NCBI GenBank assembly: GCA_030583785.1
Contig: CP129475.1
Location: forward strand, 223,559-287,558
DNA length: 64,000 nucleotides
Source of the DNA: Candidatus Dojkabacteria bacterium
GTDB taxonomy: Bacteria; Patescibacteriota; Dojkabacteria; B142; OLB20
Direction of reading: 5' to 3'
In this document: positions 9,283-19,336 of the stretch, in pieces
Layout: the number at the start of each line of letters is the position of its first letter
Position numbering within the stretch: position 1 is the first letter of the stretch
Program-made: the position numbers and the translations under genes
Notes under the pieces: generated by a model
Database searches by the model: none
What the model was told of the DNA's origin: nothing
Seen by the model: the letters and a program-made list of their open reading frames with translations, nothing else

Positions 9283-10539
9283 ATGATCACAGACAAATTA
9301 TCCGTTTTCCAATTCAATTCACTAGCCAAACAGCATTTAGAGTCACTAGGAATTCTTATTATTGAAGGCGAAATCGTGCAAATGGCTGTCACCTCTCGTG
9401 GTGGATTAAGCATCGAACTTAAAGACCCAGATGTAGGTGCTACTGTCCGTGTAAGTGGATATGCTCCTAAAGTTCAAGGAATCAATTTCTGCAAAGAAGG
9501 TGACCTCGTGCAGATTTGGGGTACACCGACTTTGTGGGAATCCAGAGGTCTGTTCAGTATTAACCCCCAAAAAATTATGCCCGTTGGAGAAGGTGCTCTT
9601 AAAGAAGCGTTTCTCAAACTGCAAAGCAAGCTTTCAGCAGAAGGCTTATTTGCAGAAGAAAGAAAAAGACCATTGCCAGAATTTCTACTTAGAATTGCTC
9701 TAATTACAGCAAAGAATTCAGCGGCCGAAACAGATTTTCTCAAAATATTGAAAGAAAACGATTCAGCGTTGAGCGTTGATTTTTATCCTGTCCTTGTTCA
9801 AGGGAACTTAGCCGAAGCACAGATAATATCAGCCCTTAAAGCAGCTGATACAAATGACTATGACTGCATTGTATTAACCAGAGGAGGAGGCAGTCTCGAA
9901 GACCTTATCGCTTTTAACGACGAAGAACTTGCTCGAACAATATTTTCTTTAAAAACTCCAGTATTAGTTGCAGTCGGTCATGAACGCGACGAAAGCATAG
10001 CAGATTATGTTGCAGATATTCGTGCCTCAACACCGTCTCAGGCAGCATATTATCTAGCTTCACAAAACATCGCTTTTATAAGATCTCAAGAGAAGAAAGC
10101 AGAAGCATTTCTGTACGAACTTGAAAACAGAATCAACTCACAGAACTTTAAGCTTGCCAAATCTAAAGAACGAATCAACATGAGCATTGAACACTGGTTA
10201 AGATCTACTAAAGACAAACTTGGCTACAACCTTGAGATGCTGAACAAATCATTCACACTTATTGCCACAAAGATTGAAAACAAGATAAATCAGAAGATGT
10301 CATTGATTTCTGGCTTTATAAACTCGATTACCAGACTTAGTGATCAAGTTAAATCAACCGAACGCCTGTTGCAATCACTGAACCCACAAAATATATTAAA
10401 TAAAGGTTATGCTATTGTATTATTCAATGGTAAAGCTATTGACAGTATAGATAAACTTAGTGTCAATCAAGACATAAATGTCAGATTAAAAGACGGTGAT
10501 CTGAAATCTAATATTTTAGAAATTAATAAAAATGAGTAA
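9283..10539 (+). CDS. xseA: Exodeoxyribonuclease VII large subunit.
   Basis: OB-fold N-terminus plus VLTRGGGSLEDLIAFNDEELARTI...VAVGHERDESIADYVADIRASTPS is the typical XseA catalytic core. Confidence 0.9.
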   Translation: MITDKLSVFQFNSLAKQHLESLGILIIEGEIVQMAVTSRGGLSIELKDPDVGATVRVSGYAPKVQGINFCKEGDLVQIWGTPTLWESRGLFSINPQKIMPVGEGALKEAFLKLQSKLSAEGLFAEERKRPLPEFLLRIALITAKNSAAETDFLKILKENDSALSVDFYPVLVQGNLAEAQIISALKAADTNDYDCIVLTRGGGSLEDLIAFNDEELARTIFSLKTPVLVAVGHERDESIADYVADIRASTPSQAAYYLASQNIAFIRSQEKKAEAFLYELENRINSQNFKLAKSKERINMSIEHWLRSTKDKLGYNLEMLNKSFTLIATKIENKINQKMSLISGFINSITRLSDQVKSTERLLQSLNPQNILNKGYAIVLFNGKAIDSIDKLSVNQDINVRLKDGDLKSNILEINKNE

Positions 10540-10744
10540 CAAAAAACAAGATATCCAGTCCAAACTTAGAAGACTTGACGAACTAGTTGCATACTTCGAA
10601 GATTCCGACAACACACCAGATATTGACTCATCTCTTAGCAACTACGAAGAAGCTATGAAGCTTGTTGCAGAAATTAAAACTGAACTGCAAGGAGTTACAC
10701 TCAAGATAAAGGAGATTCAGGCAAAATACAGTAGCGAAGATTAA
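10532..10744 (+). CDS. xseB: Exodeoxyribonuclease VII small subunit.
   Basis: 70 aa, overlaps the xseA stop. LEELVAYFE...YEEAMKLVAEI pattern of XseB. Confidence 0.85.
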   Translation: MSNKKQDIQSKLRRLDELVAYFEDSDNTPDIDSSLSNYEEAMKLVAEIKTELQGVTLKIKEIQAKYSSED

Positions 10745-11028
10745 CCGTTTTCGTTTGCGGCAATTTCATTAATTTTCTTCAGCATTTCGTCAAAATCAGA
10801 GTCGATTATGCCGTGAACCCACGCACCTTGTTCTAGTGATTCGAATTGCGATGCAAAACAGCCCACACAATGAAATCCATACTCCTGAACCAGAAATGTG
10901 ACGACCTCTGGATATAGCTCAGCAATTTCGGCGATCATTGTTTCTGGGAGTATTAAGTTTTGTTCAGACTGTTTGTTTTTCACAGTTAAAGTATAACATT
11001 CAGGTTGCGTACTCCCAAGTATGAGCAT
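10741..11028 (-). CDS. DUF1858-type small redox disulfide protein (hybrid-cluster-protein-associated family).
   Basis: TMIAEIAELYPEVVTFLVQEYGFHCVGCFASQFESLEQGAWVHGID matches the DUF1858 pattern with a conserved HCxGC motif. Confidence 0.55.
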   Translation of the reverse strand: MLILGSTQPECYTLTVKNKQSEQNLILPETMIAEIAELYPEVVTFLVQEYGFHCVGCFASQFESLEQGAWVHGIIDSDFDEMLKKINEIAANENG

Positions 11029-11039
11029 TACAATAGATT

Positions 11040-12257
11040 ATGAGAAGACGAAGCACGGCAAGAAAACTGCCTTTTCTTACAACCGGATCAATCGACAGTA
11101 CATTAGCGTCTGTTATCGTAATGCTATCCGTCTTTGGAGCAGTCATGGTATATAGCGGAAGTGTTTTGGTAGCAGTAAGGCAGGGTAATGAACCAACCCA
11201 CTATTTCATTAGGCAGCTAATTTGGGTTATAGCCGGTCTGGCAATAGCTTATGTTCTTTCAAAGATTGATTATCACTTTCTTGCTAAATATTCTCTACAA
11301 GCAATCATCTTATCAATATTTTTATTAATCGCGGTACTAATTCTAAATCACGATCAGGCGATCAAAAGATGGATTGACCTTGGCGCATTTGACCTTCAAC
11401 CATCAGAGTTAACCAAACTTGCTTTTGTCTTCTTTTTATCGAGTTGGCTTGCAAAACAAAAAGAAAGAACGCAAAAGGGGATTAAGGCCTTTAAGGAGCA
11501 CTTCTACAAAGAAATGTTGCCGTTTCTGCTCTGGCTCGGCGCCATCTCGATCCTTATCATCATGCAGCCCGACCTTGATACAACTCTTATTATTGCAATA
11601 ACAGCATTTATCGTTTACTTCATTTCCGGCAATGATAATGTCCATTTACTTGGATCAACAATAATTCTTATTGGCTCTGCCATCGTCGGATCAATAGCAA
11701 CAACGCTGGCAAGTTATAGAATTGACCGCCTGGCAACTTTCTTTGATTTCTGGAAAAACGGGTTTATTTTGGATCCTTTCGGAAACGGCTACCAGATGAG
11801 GCAAATTCTGGTTGCTGTCGCATCCGGAGGCTTATTTGGAGTTGGTTTTGGAGAATCTAGACAAAAATTTCATTACCTAGGAGACACTGCCTTTAGCGAT
11901 ACAATTTTTGCCATATTTGCAGAAGAATTTGGATTTATCGGCATAGTGGTTATGGTAAGCATCTTCCTGTTTATTATGATTAAGGGATACAAAATTGCAA
12001 AGGCAGCTCCAGACAAACTTGGATTCCTTCTCGCGGTTTCCATAACTACTTGGATAACACTTCAAGCGTTCCTGCATATTGGGGCAAATGTAGCGTTAAT
12101 TCCAATCAACGGAAACACATTACCATTTATGAGTTATGGAGGCAGTTCAACCGTGGTAAATCTTGCAGCTATTGGCGTATTACTAAATATTAGCGCTCAA
12201 GCAACCGGAAACAAAAGAAACACAACTATTGAAAGAGTCAGATCAAGGAAAAACTAA
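11040..12257 (+). CDS. ftsW: SEDS-family peptidoglycan glycosyltransferase. The dcw-cluster context next to murG suggests FtsW.
   Basis: Polytopic. GFGESRQKFHYLGDTAFSDTIFAIFAEEFGFIG and LIPINGNTLPFMSYGGSS are SEDS signatures. Confidence 0.75.
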   Translation: MRRRSTARKLPFLTTGSIDSTLASVIVMLSVFGAVMVYSGSVLVAVRQGNEPTHYFIRQLIWVIAGLAIAYVLSKIDYHFLAKYSLQAIILSIFLLIAVLILNHDQAIKRWIDLGAFDLQPSELTKLAFVFFLSSWLAKQKERTQKGIKAFKEHFYKEMLPFLLWLGAISILIIMQPDLDTTLIIAITAFIVYFISGNDNVHLLGSTIILIGSAIVGSIATTLASYRIDRLATFFDFWKNGFILDPFGNGYQMRQILVAVASGGLFGVGFGESRQKFHYLGDTAFSDTIFAIFAEEFGFIGIVVMVSIFLFIMIKGYKIAKAAPDKLGFLLAVSITTWITLQAFLHIGANVALIPINGNTLPFMSYGGSSTVVNLAAIGVLLNISAQATGNKRNTTIERVRSRKN

Positions 12258-12900
12258 AGCGGTACATTTACTAATCAGCTCTGCAAGTCTATTCATAGCT
12301 TTACTAATACTGCCGCCTCTAATACTTATTAAGCTACCACAGTATTTTTTTGCCAGATTTTCTGCTCTAAATGTTTATGATAATTTTCCAGGATTAAATC
12401 ACGAGTTTCTTAATGGCAAATTCCAAGAGATCCTCATGTTCATGCATAATAGTAATGCAGGCTTCGACATTTCTTTCTTTTCGGTAAAGGATTATTTACA
12501 TATGTTAGATGTTTCTCAATTAACGATATATGCTCATTTGGTGCTGATAATTGCATTGACAACTTTTTTGCTAAATCTCCTTGCCAATAAAAGCAAAGCC
12601 TTAGTTATGATAAAAACCAGTATTCACTATTTGCTAGCATTGTTTTTCGTCTTGGCAATTATTACAAGCTTATTATTTAGACAGTTATTTATTATTTTTC
12701 ATCAGATCTCATTCTCTAACGATTACTGGCTGCTTGATCCAAAAAGTTCTATGCTGATTAGATTCTTGCCCGAAGAAATATTCCAAGAAATTGTTGCCGT
12801 ATCAATCTTAAGTACAATTTCGTTACTCGTAATTATCTATTTCTTTGTTATACTAAGACTACAGTGGATAAAAAACTACAGATACAAAAGAAAATTTTAA
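12229..12900 (+). CDS. Hypothetical polytopic membrane protein inserted between ftsW and murG.
   Basis: Several hydrophobic helices. Overlaps both neighbours. No catalytic motif. Confidence 0.45.
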   Translation: MKESDQGKTKAVHLLISSASLFIALLILPPLILIKLPQYFFARFSALNVYDNFPGLNHEFLNGKFQEILMFMHNSNAGFDISFFSVKDYLHMLDVSQLTIYAHLVLIIALTTFLLNLLANKSKALVMIKTSIHYLLALFFVLAIITSLLFRQLFIIFHQISFSNDYWLLDPKSSMLIRFLPEEIFQEIVAVSILSTISLLVIIYFFVILRLQWIKNYRYKRKF

Positions 12901-14051
12901 TTATTGGTGGACACTTAACACCGGCACTTGCTGTAACTTCAGAATTACTTGAAACAAGTATCGTTGATATCATTTGGGCAGGAACAAAATACTCTCAAAC
13001 TACAGATAAATCTTTAAGCGCAGAATTTGAGACAGTTACTAGTCGTGGCATTAGATTCATAGACTTCAAGGCAGGGAAACTATGGAGAAAATGGACACCT
13101 CAAACATTACTGATTGCGTTTACAAATCTTATTAATATTCCGCTGGGATTTATTCGTGCCGTAATTATAATCAGCAAAGAAAAGCCCGATTTGGTTCTGT
13201 CTTTCGGTGGATATCTGGCATTGCCAATAGTTATTGTCGCAAGAATTTTTGGAAAAAAAATAATTACCCACGAACAGACTGTAGTTATAGGACTAGCCAA
13301 TAAAATTATCGCTCTGTTTGCGCATAAAGTATGTTACTCATGGGGGACGACATTAACTAGCAATGATTCAAAAAATGTCTTCACCGGAAATCCTGTTAGA
13401 AAAGAAGTTCTTGCAAGCTCAAGTAAAGTATTCAAGTTTAAGAATAACTTGCCCACAATCTTTATTACCGGCGGAAACCAAGGAGCAAATACAATAAATA
13501 AGCGCATCTCAAAAATTCTTACTCAGCTTTTAGATCATGCGAATGTAATTCACCAGACCGGAAACTCGTCTTTAACAAACGACTATGCCAATGCATTGTC
13601 TGATAGAAACAATCTTGATGAAGATAAACAAAGCAGATACATCGTTGTTGACAGAATCTTTGGCAATGAAATTGGCGAAGCATTTCATAGAGCAGATCTT
13701 GTGTTATCCAGATCCGGAGCCAATACCATCACAGAACTACTTCTGCTTGGGAAACCTGCTGTTTTAATACCAATACCTTGGAGTTCAAATAATGAACAAC
13801 AGAAAAACGCCGAAATGCTTGCGAAGATTGGACTGGCAAAAATAATCAGGCAATACGATGAATTACCAGCAGAAACCATACTTAAAGAACTACTCTCAGC
13901 AATTCAGCTGCTAAAGGATGGTAAGAACTTCATAAATGGCAGTCTCGAAAATACGAAAGAACTTGCCAAAACAATGGTTAAAAAAGACGCTGCCAAGATT
14001 ATTGCTAAAGAGACACTCAAACTGCTTGGAGTGAACTCAAAAGATCGGTAG
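12864..14051 (+). CDS. murG: UDP-GlcNAc:lipid I N-acetylglucosaminyltransferase MurG.
   Basis: ILIIGGHLTPALAV, FITGGNQGANTIN, LVLSRSGANTITELLLLGKPAVLIPIP...EQQKNAEML are typical MurG motifs. Confidence 0.85.
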   Translation: MDKKLQIQKKILIIGGHLTPALAVTSELLETSIVDIIWAGTKYSQTTDKSLSAEFETVTSRGIRFIDFKAGKLWRKWTPQTLLIAFTNLINIPLGFIRAVIIISKEKPDLVLSFGGYLALPIVIVARIFGKKIITHEQTVVIGLANKIIALFAHKVCYSWGTTLTSNDSKNVFTGNPVRKEVLASSSKVFKFKNNLPTIFITGGNQGANTINKRISKILTQLLDHANVIHQTGNSSLTNDYANALSDRNNLDEDKQSRYIVVDRIFGNEIGEAFHRADLVLSRSGANTITELLLLGKPAVLIPIPWSSNNEQQKNAEMLAKIGLAKIIRQYDELPAETILKELLSAIQLLKDGKNFINGSLENTKELAKTMVKKDAAKIIAKETLKLLGVNSKDR

Positions 14052-14910
14052 TTGACTTAGAAAATTCTTTACTGGCAAGCATAAAGTGTGTTAAAGCTTC
14101 GAAGTATCTGGCAGGATCACCTGTTGTGTACCAAGTTCCTTCAATTTCTTTGTACATGAACTTGTTTTCAGCTGCCAACTTATCGTTAGCATCTGTCAAC
14201 CAGACTTCCCCATCTTTTCCAGTTGCATCTTCTTGTAAATAATCGAAAATCGAGTAGGGTAGAATAAACCTTCCATATTGAGCATAGTTTGTTTTAGCAT
14301 CTTCTGGTTTGGGTTTTTCGATAATCCTCTTGATTTGCCCCTCAGTTTCTTTGACACTGCCTTCAACCGGATCAACTATTCCATATCTGTCTAATTCTTC
14401 GTATTTTACTTTTTGAACACCCATAACAGCATCACAATCTGAGCCGTGAAAGTAGTCAGCAAGCTGAGATAATGCAGACCGCTCTTTTGTTAAAACCAAG
14501 TCATCTGCGAAGAGCACGGCAAAATGCTCACCTTCGTTTAGCAGGTGCTGCGCCGATATAACAGGAGATCCATTTCCATAGGGAAGATCTGCTCTTTGGT
14601 TAATTATTGTTAAATTATTCAAGTTTAATATGTTTCTAACTTCTGAAAAGCGTTCAGGTTTTCCTTGATCGACAAGGAGCTTTTCCATTTGTGGAACTTT
14701 TTCGTAGAAGTAATTGCGAATCACTTCGTTTCCTTCGCGTACAACAATAATGATCTCTTCTATACCTGCATCTAGACATTCTTCAACAACATATTGAAGA
14801 ATAGGCTTATTGATTATTGGTAACATTTCTTTGGGAGTTGCCTTAACAACAGGTAGGAACCTTGAACCAAAACCAGCTGCTGTAATAACAGCCTTTTTAA
14901 CTTTCTTCAT
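14017..14910 (-). CDS. galU: UTP--glucose-1-phosphate uridylyltransferase.
   Basis: KAVITAAGFGSRFLPVVKATPKEMLPIINKPILQYVVEE N-terminal NTP-transferase motif. ~297 aa. Confidence 0.85.
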   Translation of the reverse strand: MKKVKKAVITAAGFGSRFLPVVKATPKEMLPIINKPILQYVVEECLDAGIEEIIIVVREGNEVIRNYFYEKVPQMEKLLVDQGKPERFSEVRNILNLNNLTIINQRADLPYGNGSPVISAQHLLNEGEHFAVLFADDLVLTKERSALSQLADYFHGSDCDAVMGVQKVKYEELDRYGIVDPVEGSVKETEGQIKRIIEKPKPEDAKTNYAQYGRFILPYSIFDYLQEDATGKDGEVWLTDANDKLAAENKFMYKEIEGTWYTTGDPARYFEALTHFMLASKEFSKSTTDLLSSLQAV

Positions 14911-15123
14911 TATTTAGATGATAACATGTGCCAAGTCTATCCCAGAAACTCAATTCTTGCAAGACATATAGATTATTGGCATCTAGAAATATTTGGTATA
15001 ATATGTTGTACGAAGATTGTTATTGAGAAGATAATTTGTTACAGGTATCCGTTTTCTAAACGGAAAACAAACATTAGTACAAGCGTAGTGAAGACAAAAA
15101 AATTAATAGGCTCTTATCCTTTT

Positions 15124-15729
15124 ATGTTTGCTAAGATTGCTGTGTCCTTAGCAACTTTATTATTACTTTTCTTCTATAGTCTTGGCTTTCATTTCAGAAC
15201 AGAGGCTACTTACGCCCCAATATCACCTATTGCAACAACTCCTAAAGTAGCAGGAATATCTATCTTCAATGAACCTGATCCAGAAACCTATACTGAAGCC
15301 AGTGAAACAAAGGTAAAAGAGGAACAAAGAAAACTGGAAGAAGCTAAAAGAGTCGCTGAACATGAAGCAAAAGTTGCAAATCTAATCAGTTATTTAAAAA
15401 GAAACAACTCTCCAGTAGCAAATTATAAGATTGCGAATATTATCATTACTGAGTCAGCAAAATATGGTGCCGACTATAAAGTAGTGGTTGCTATCATGGG
15501 TGTGGAATCAGGGCTTTGTAGACAATCATTCTGGTACAATTGTTTTGGTTACTTAAATGGTGTTAGGTACTCTTCGTATGAACATGCTTTTTCGGATCTT
15601 GTTCCAAAAGTATCTAGGCAGTACGCCGCAAAATACGGATGGAACTTTGAAGCTTTAGCTAAAGCATACGGTCAACACAACTGGGAAAAAACATCTGCTA
15701 ATATGCGCTGGTTTGCAAGTAGAATCTAA
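15124..15729 (+). CDS. Membrane-anchored protein with a possible lytic-transglycosylase-like (SLT-like) domain.
   Basis: Start chosen at MFAKIAVSLATLLLLFF (signal anchor). AIMGVESGLCRQS contains an E-S pair reminiscent of the SLT catalytic motif. Weak. Confidence 0.3.
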   Translation: MFAKIAVSLATLLLLFFYSLGFHFRTEATYAPISPIATTPKVAGISIFNEPDPETYTEASETKVKEEQRKLEEAKRVAEHEAKVANLISYLKRNNSPVANYKIANIIITESAKYGADYKVVVAIMGVESGLCRQSFWYNCFGYLNGVRYSSYEHAFSDLVPKVSRQYAAKYGWNFEALAKAYGQHNWEKTSANMRWFASRI

Positions 15730-16442
15730 TAGCTGACAACATTGGCACTGTAGATTAGATCTCCGTTGTTTGTACTTACCTCTAATCTTGTTAGGGTTCC
15801 GTCTCTAACTACCAGACTATTAATTATTTCTTTACTTTCTCCTGGAGAACATTCAAATACATACGAGCTTTCCTCGCTTATTTCACTCGGTTTTATTAGA
15901 TTAGGGATATTATTGTTGGGATTAAGAACTTTATCAATTTGAATCTCGTCATTTTCGTTCCAAGCTTTAATGGAAACTGTCTTATCATTATTGACTGCAA
16001 TGTCCACTAATGAGATGTCTGGTGTCAAAATATAATTTGGGCAAGTATCTGCACTCCCATATTCATAACTTATTGTAATTCGTTCAGTGTCTTCAGCTTT
16101 TACAATTCTGGGATCGAAAAGTAAGATTATGCCGTCATGTTCAAGTGTTGGTGAGTACTCTGAGAATTGATGAAAGTAAGTATTTGCTAAAGCTAAGTAT
16201 GATATTGCTTTTGCTGTTGCTGGTTTTGGCTGATAAATGCTAAGCACAACAATAAAAACAATTAGCATCGCCGACAAAGCTATAAGTGGCTTCCTGAAAC
16301 TAAAAAGTATTGATTTAAAATTAATCGATTGCTTATCTTCTGCAATTTCTAGAAGCCTAGCTAATAATTTCTCACTAAACCTCTTATCTGGTTCTAGAGA
16401 TTTAATTCCGAATGCGTTTAATATTGAGAATCTCTTCATCAT
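15726..16442 (-). CDS. Putative anti-sigma factor. It is a single-pass membrane protein downstream of an ECF sigma factor.
   Basis: Short cytoplasmic N-terminus, one TM helix (LIALSAMLIVFIVVLSI), and an extracytoplasmic domain. Overlaps the sigma gene stop by 4 bp. Confidence 0.45.
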   Translation of the reverse strand: MMKRFSILNAFGIKSLEPDKRFSEKLLARLLEIAEDKQSINFKSILFSFRKPLIALSAMLIVFIVVLSIYQPKPATAKAISYLALANTYFHQFSEYSPTLEHDGIILLFDPRIVKAEDTERITISYEYGSADTCPNYILTPDISLVDIAVNNDKTVSIKAWNENDEIQIDKVLNPNNNIPNLIKPSEISEESSYVFECSPGESKEIINSLVVRDGTLTRLEVSTNNGDLIYSANVVSY

Positions 16443-17017
16443 ACTTTTTTAGTAAGTTTAGGTAGACATTTTCCGGATTCAACCAGTGCTCTCATCGAGG
16501 CAATAGCTCTTCGCTGCGTGGTTTTAAAGTAGTTAATGTTTTTATTTAGTTTTCTGGCAATATCTTTTGGAGATAATCTTTCTATAAATCTAAGTCTTAA
16601 TACATTGGATTGACTTCGAGATAGCTTTTCTAAGCAGTTTGCCAATGCATCTTCAAGATCATTGATAGTTCTATTACTATAATCATCAATCGTTTCTGCA
16701 ATTTGATTTGTATCAAGATCTAGGTCGCTAGTTTGGTATTTAACTCTAAGATATTCATTGAATACATTTCTGGCAATGCCGTAAAGATATGTTTTAGTAT
16801 CTTCAATACTAGAATTTGCATTAATCTGCTCAGCAAATCTAGTAAATGTTTCTGATGTTAAGTCTTCTGCAGTTTGTTTGTTTAGTGACTTTTGCAAGAA
16901 GAATTTATACAACTTGGAAAAATTATTATTGAAAGCTTCTTCTATTGTTTGCTTTGCAGGGTTTTTGTACACCAGAAAATACTCTTCAATTATTAATTTA
17001 TTTGTTAATTTTATCAC
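16439..17017 (-). CDS. ECF-type sigma-70 family sigma factor.
   Basis: Region-2-like FxxLYxF...AEDLTSETF and region-4 helix-turn-helix LSPKDIARKLNKNINYFKTTQRRAIASMR. GTG start. Confidence 0.75.
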   Translation of the reverse strand: MIKLTNKLIIEEYFLVYKNPAKQTIEEAFNNNFSKLYKFFLQKSLNKQTAEDLTSETFTRFAEQINANSSIEDTKTYLYGIARNVFNEYLRVKYQTSDLDLDTNQIAETIDDYSNRTINDLEDALANCLEKLSRSQSNVLRLRFIERLSPKDIARKLNKNINYFKTTQRRAIASMRALVESGKCLPKLTKKV

Positions 17018-17977
17018 ATGCAGGATAATAAACTTGTGATTGGCCTTATGCTTGTTGCAACAGTTGTTGTGGGTGCAATTTTACTAATAAGCCTAGGTAG
17101 TAACAATACCGAAGAAACAACAACCGACACTCAACAAGAGAGTAACGACAGTGTTTCTGTTGCGGAAGCCTTGTCTGAAAACAACCTTTCTACTCTAGAA
17201 ACTACTTTAGAAGCTGCAGGTCTTCTTTCAACAGTAGCAGGAAGCGAAAATAATCTAACAGTGTTTGCTCCTACAAATCAGGCATTCTCTGAAATTCAAG
17301 AAACAGTAAATTCTCTGCTACTTCCTGAAAATAAGGAGAAGTTAGTGGAAGTGTTAACAAGTCATGTAGTAGAAAACAAGGTTCTTTCAAGTCAACTAAG
17401 TGATGGTATGACGGTTCCTACACTGTCTGGAGCAGAGCTGAAGGTCAGAATAACTGATGACGAAGTTTACATTAATGATTCTAAAGTTACCAAAGCAGAT
17501 GTTGTAGCAGGTAATATCACAATCCACATTATTGACAAGGTTATCGTAAGTGACAATTTTGGCAACATTGTAGAGACTGCACAAGGTACTGCCGACTTAA
17601 GCACACTCGTAACTGCAGTTGTGGCTGCAGAACTTGTTGGTAATCTGGCAGACTCTAACGCATCACTCACAGTATTTGCACCTGTAAACAGCGCTTTTGC
17701 AAAAATACAAGACACTGTGAATACGCTTGTAACTTCTGCAGATAAACAACCTTTACAATATGTACTTTTAACACATGTGGTTGGTTCTGAAGTATTTGCT
17801 GGAGAGCTAAGAAATGGTCAAGAAATAACAACTCTAAGCGGTGTTAAGCTTAGTGTTGAAATAAGCAACGATCAAGTATTTCTTGTTGGACCTAAAAACA
17901 GAGTCGAGGTTATTGCCACAAATGTTTTAACAACAAATGGAATTGTGCACTTAATAAATGATGTAATTCTTCCTTAA
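17018..17977 (+). CDS. Secreted or membrane-anchored protein with two fasciclin (FAS1) domains.
   Basis: Two repeats of the FAS1 pattern (TVFAPTNQAFSEI..., TVFAPVNSAFAKI..., ...TNGIVHLINDVILP). Confidence 0.85.
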   Translation: MQDNKLVIGLMLVATVVVGAILLISLGSNNTEETTTDTQQESNDSVSVAEALSENNLSTLETTLEAAGLLSTVAGSENNLTVFAPTNQAFSEIQETVNSLLLPENKEKLVEVLTSHVVENKVLSSQLSDGMTVPTLSGAELKVRITDDEVYINDSKVTKADVVAGNITIHIIDKVIVSDNFGNIVETAQGTADLSTLVTAVVAAELVGNLADSNASLTVFAPVNSAFAKIQDTVNTLVTSADKQPLQYVLLTHVVGSEVFAGELRNGQEITTLSGVKLSVEISNDQVFLVGPKNRVEVIATNVLTTNGIVHLINDVILP

Positions 17978-17995
17978 ATAAGAGAACTAAGATTT

Positions 17996-18027
17996 GATGG
18001 GGCGCCTTTGGCGCCCCATCATTTTAT
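17996..18027 (+). terminator. Rho-independent terminator after the fasciclin gene.
   Basis: Perfect GC-rich 11-bp stem GATGGGGCGCC / GGCGCCCCATC with a TTT loop, followed by ATTTTAT. Confidence 0.7.
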
Positions 18028-18063
18028 GCTAGAATCCAAACATTATTTATACAATAAAGATAT

Positions 18064-19281
18064 ATGGAGGGGAACTTAGCAAGGAGTAAGCAAGTTGAAA
18101 GAATTCTTTTAAGTCCAGTTACAGAAAATAATGCGCTAAATAATACGTGCCAGAAGCTGTTTCCAAGAACCTCCGATTTGCTTGTACCGAATGTCTATGT
18201 ATCTCAATCTGAGTCTGGTTATACATCAACTACGATCGTTAAAGCACACACTAGGAGACCTGGTATGCAATTTTCTCTAAACCCAGATGCTGTTATACAG
18301 AGATTTGCTGATGGAAGGTTAATAACTATATCTGAACTTGCAGAAGAAATGTACCCCGCATTACGGTTCTCTTTTCCGAGCAAAGAAAGATTGGCATACA
18401 AACTTAGAAGCAGGCAACAAATTGGTAAGGACAACGAGAGCAGTCTCTTTTTTTCACAAAAAGAACTAACAGATAACGAAATTTTCGATCCTAATGTTGT
18501 GCCTTTAGAGAGGCTCAGCGAAAAAGGATTTGCCTTTACTTATGGCTCTGAAACTGAATCAAAATATGATCAAACAACAAAAAGACCAGTGACCCACGAA
18601 ATGATAATCTCAGAAACCGGTAGAATCCTTGCTAAACAATTATTGATGGGATTATATCCAGTTGTAGAATTAGATCGTGAGATATCTGAAAGAAGGGATG
18701 CTGGATTAGGTTATGATACACATTCGCAGATTCTTTTTGAAGCTGTAAGGCAAATTTGGGTTAACTATAATACACTTGTAGCCGACGTTATGTTGTTGAA
18801 GCCTGATGTCATTATTGAGTTTGATCCAATAATACGCGACCTCGAAGCTCTTATGGCTAGAGAACTTAACCAAGCAACACTTGACTCCTTAACAACAAAC
18901 TCTGGTAGGTTAACATTACATCAAGCGTTGAGATATGATGGGTTTTCAGGTGCAAACAGCCTTTCTCTTCAGCAAATTGAGCCCGCTTTTATTCCTTCGT
19001 TCCTGAGAGTTACAACTGCCTATTATCGTAATCTGATGGCTGAATTGCCAAAGCATGAGCAAAGTAGCATGATTAAAACTAGAGATACAAATCTGCTTGG
19101 AGACCATATGAATTTAATTGAAGGAGTTATTGTGGACATTCATAAGCAAGGAACAATCGGTGCTGAATTGCTAAAATTAATCCAAACAGAATTTAGACAG
19201 CTGCAGTCGCTCGATATTGCGATTTTTATCAAGAGCATTGCTGATAATCACGATCCAAGGAGAAAGAAAATCCGCAAGTAA
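18064..19281 (+). CDS. Hypothetical cytoplasmic protein, 405 aa.
   Basis: Intact ORF. No signal peptide and no motif I can assign. Confidence 0.5.
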   Translation: MEGNLARSKQVERILLSPVTENNALNNTCQKLFPRTSDLLVPNVYVSQSESGYTSTTIVKAHTRRPGMQFSLNPDAVIQRFADGRLITISELAEEMYPALRFSFPSKERLAYKLRSRQQIGKDNESSLFFSQKELTDNEIFDPNVVPLERLSEKGFAFTYGSETESKYDQTTKRPVTHEMIISETGRILAKQLLMGLYPVVELDREISERRDAGLGYDTHSQILFEAVRQIWVNYNTLVADVMLLKPDVIIEFDPIIRDLEALMARELNQATLDSLTTNSGRLTLHQALRYDGFSGANSLSLQQIEPAFIPSFLRVTTAYYRNLMAELPKHEQSSMIKTRDTNLLGDHMNLIEGVIVDIHKQGTIGAELLKLIQTEFRQLQSLDIAIFIKSIADNHDPRRKKIRK

Positions 19282-19336
19282 TTGCTAAATATAATCCATA
19301 GATATATAATTTGGCGCATACTTTATTACTAATAGT

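Noticed and set aside
14017-14019. Alternative genetic code (UGA read as Gly, code 25), as in some reduced-genome lineages.
   Set aside because: UGA terminates galU at a position where conserved protein length ends, and all housekeeping proteins have normal lengths under the standard table. This supports code 11.
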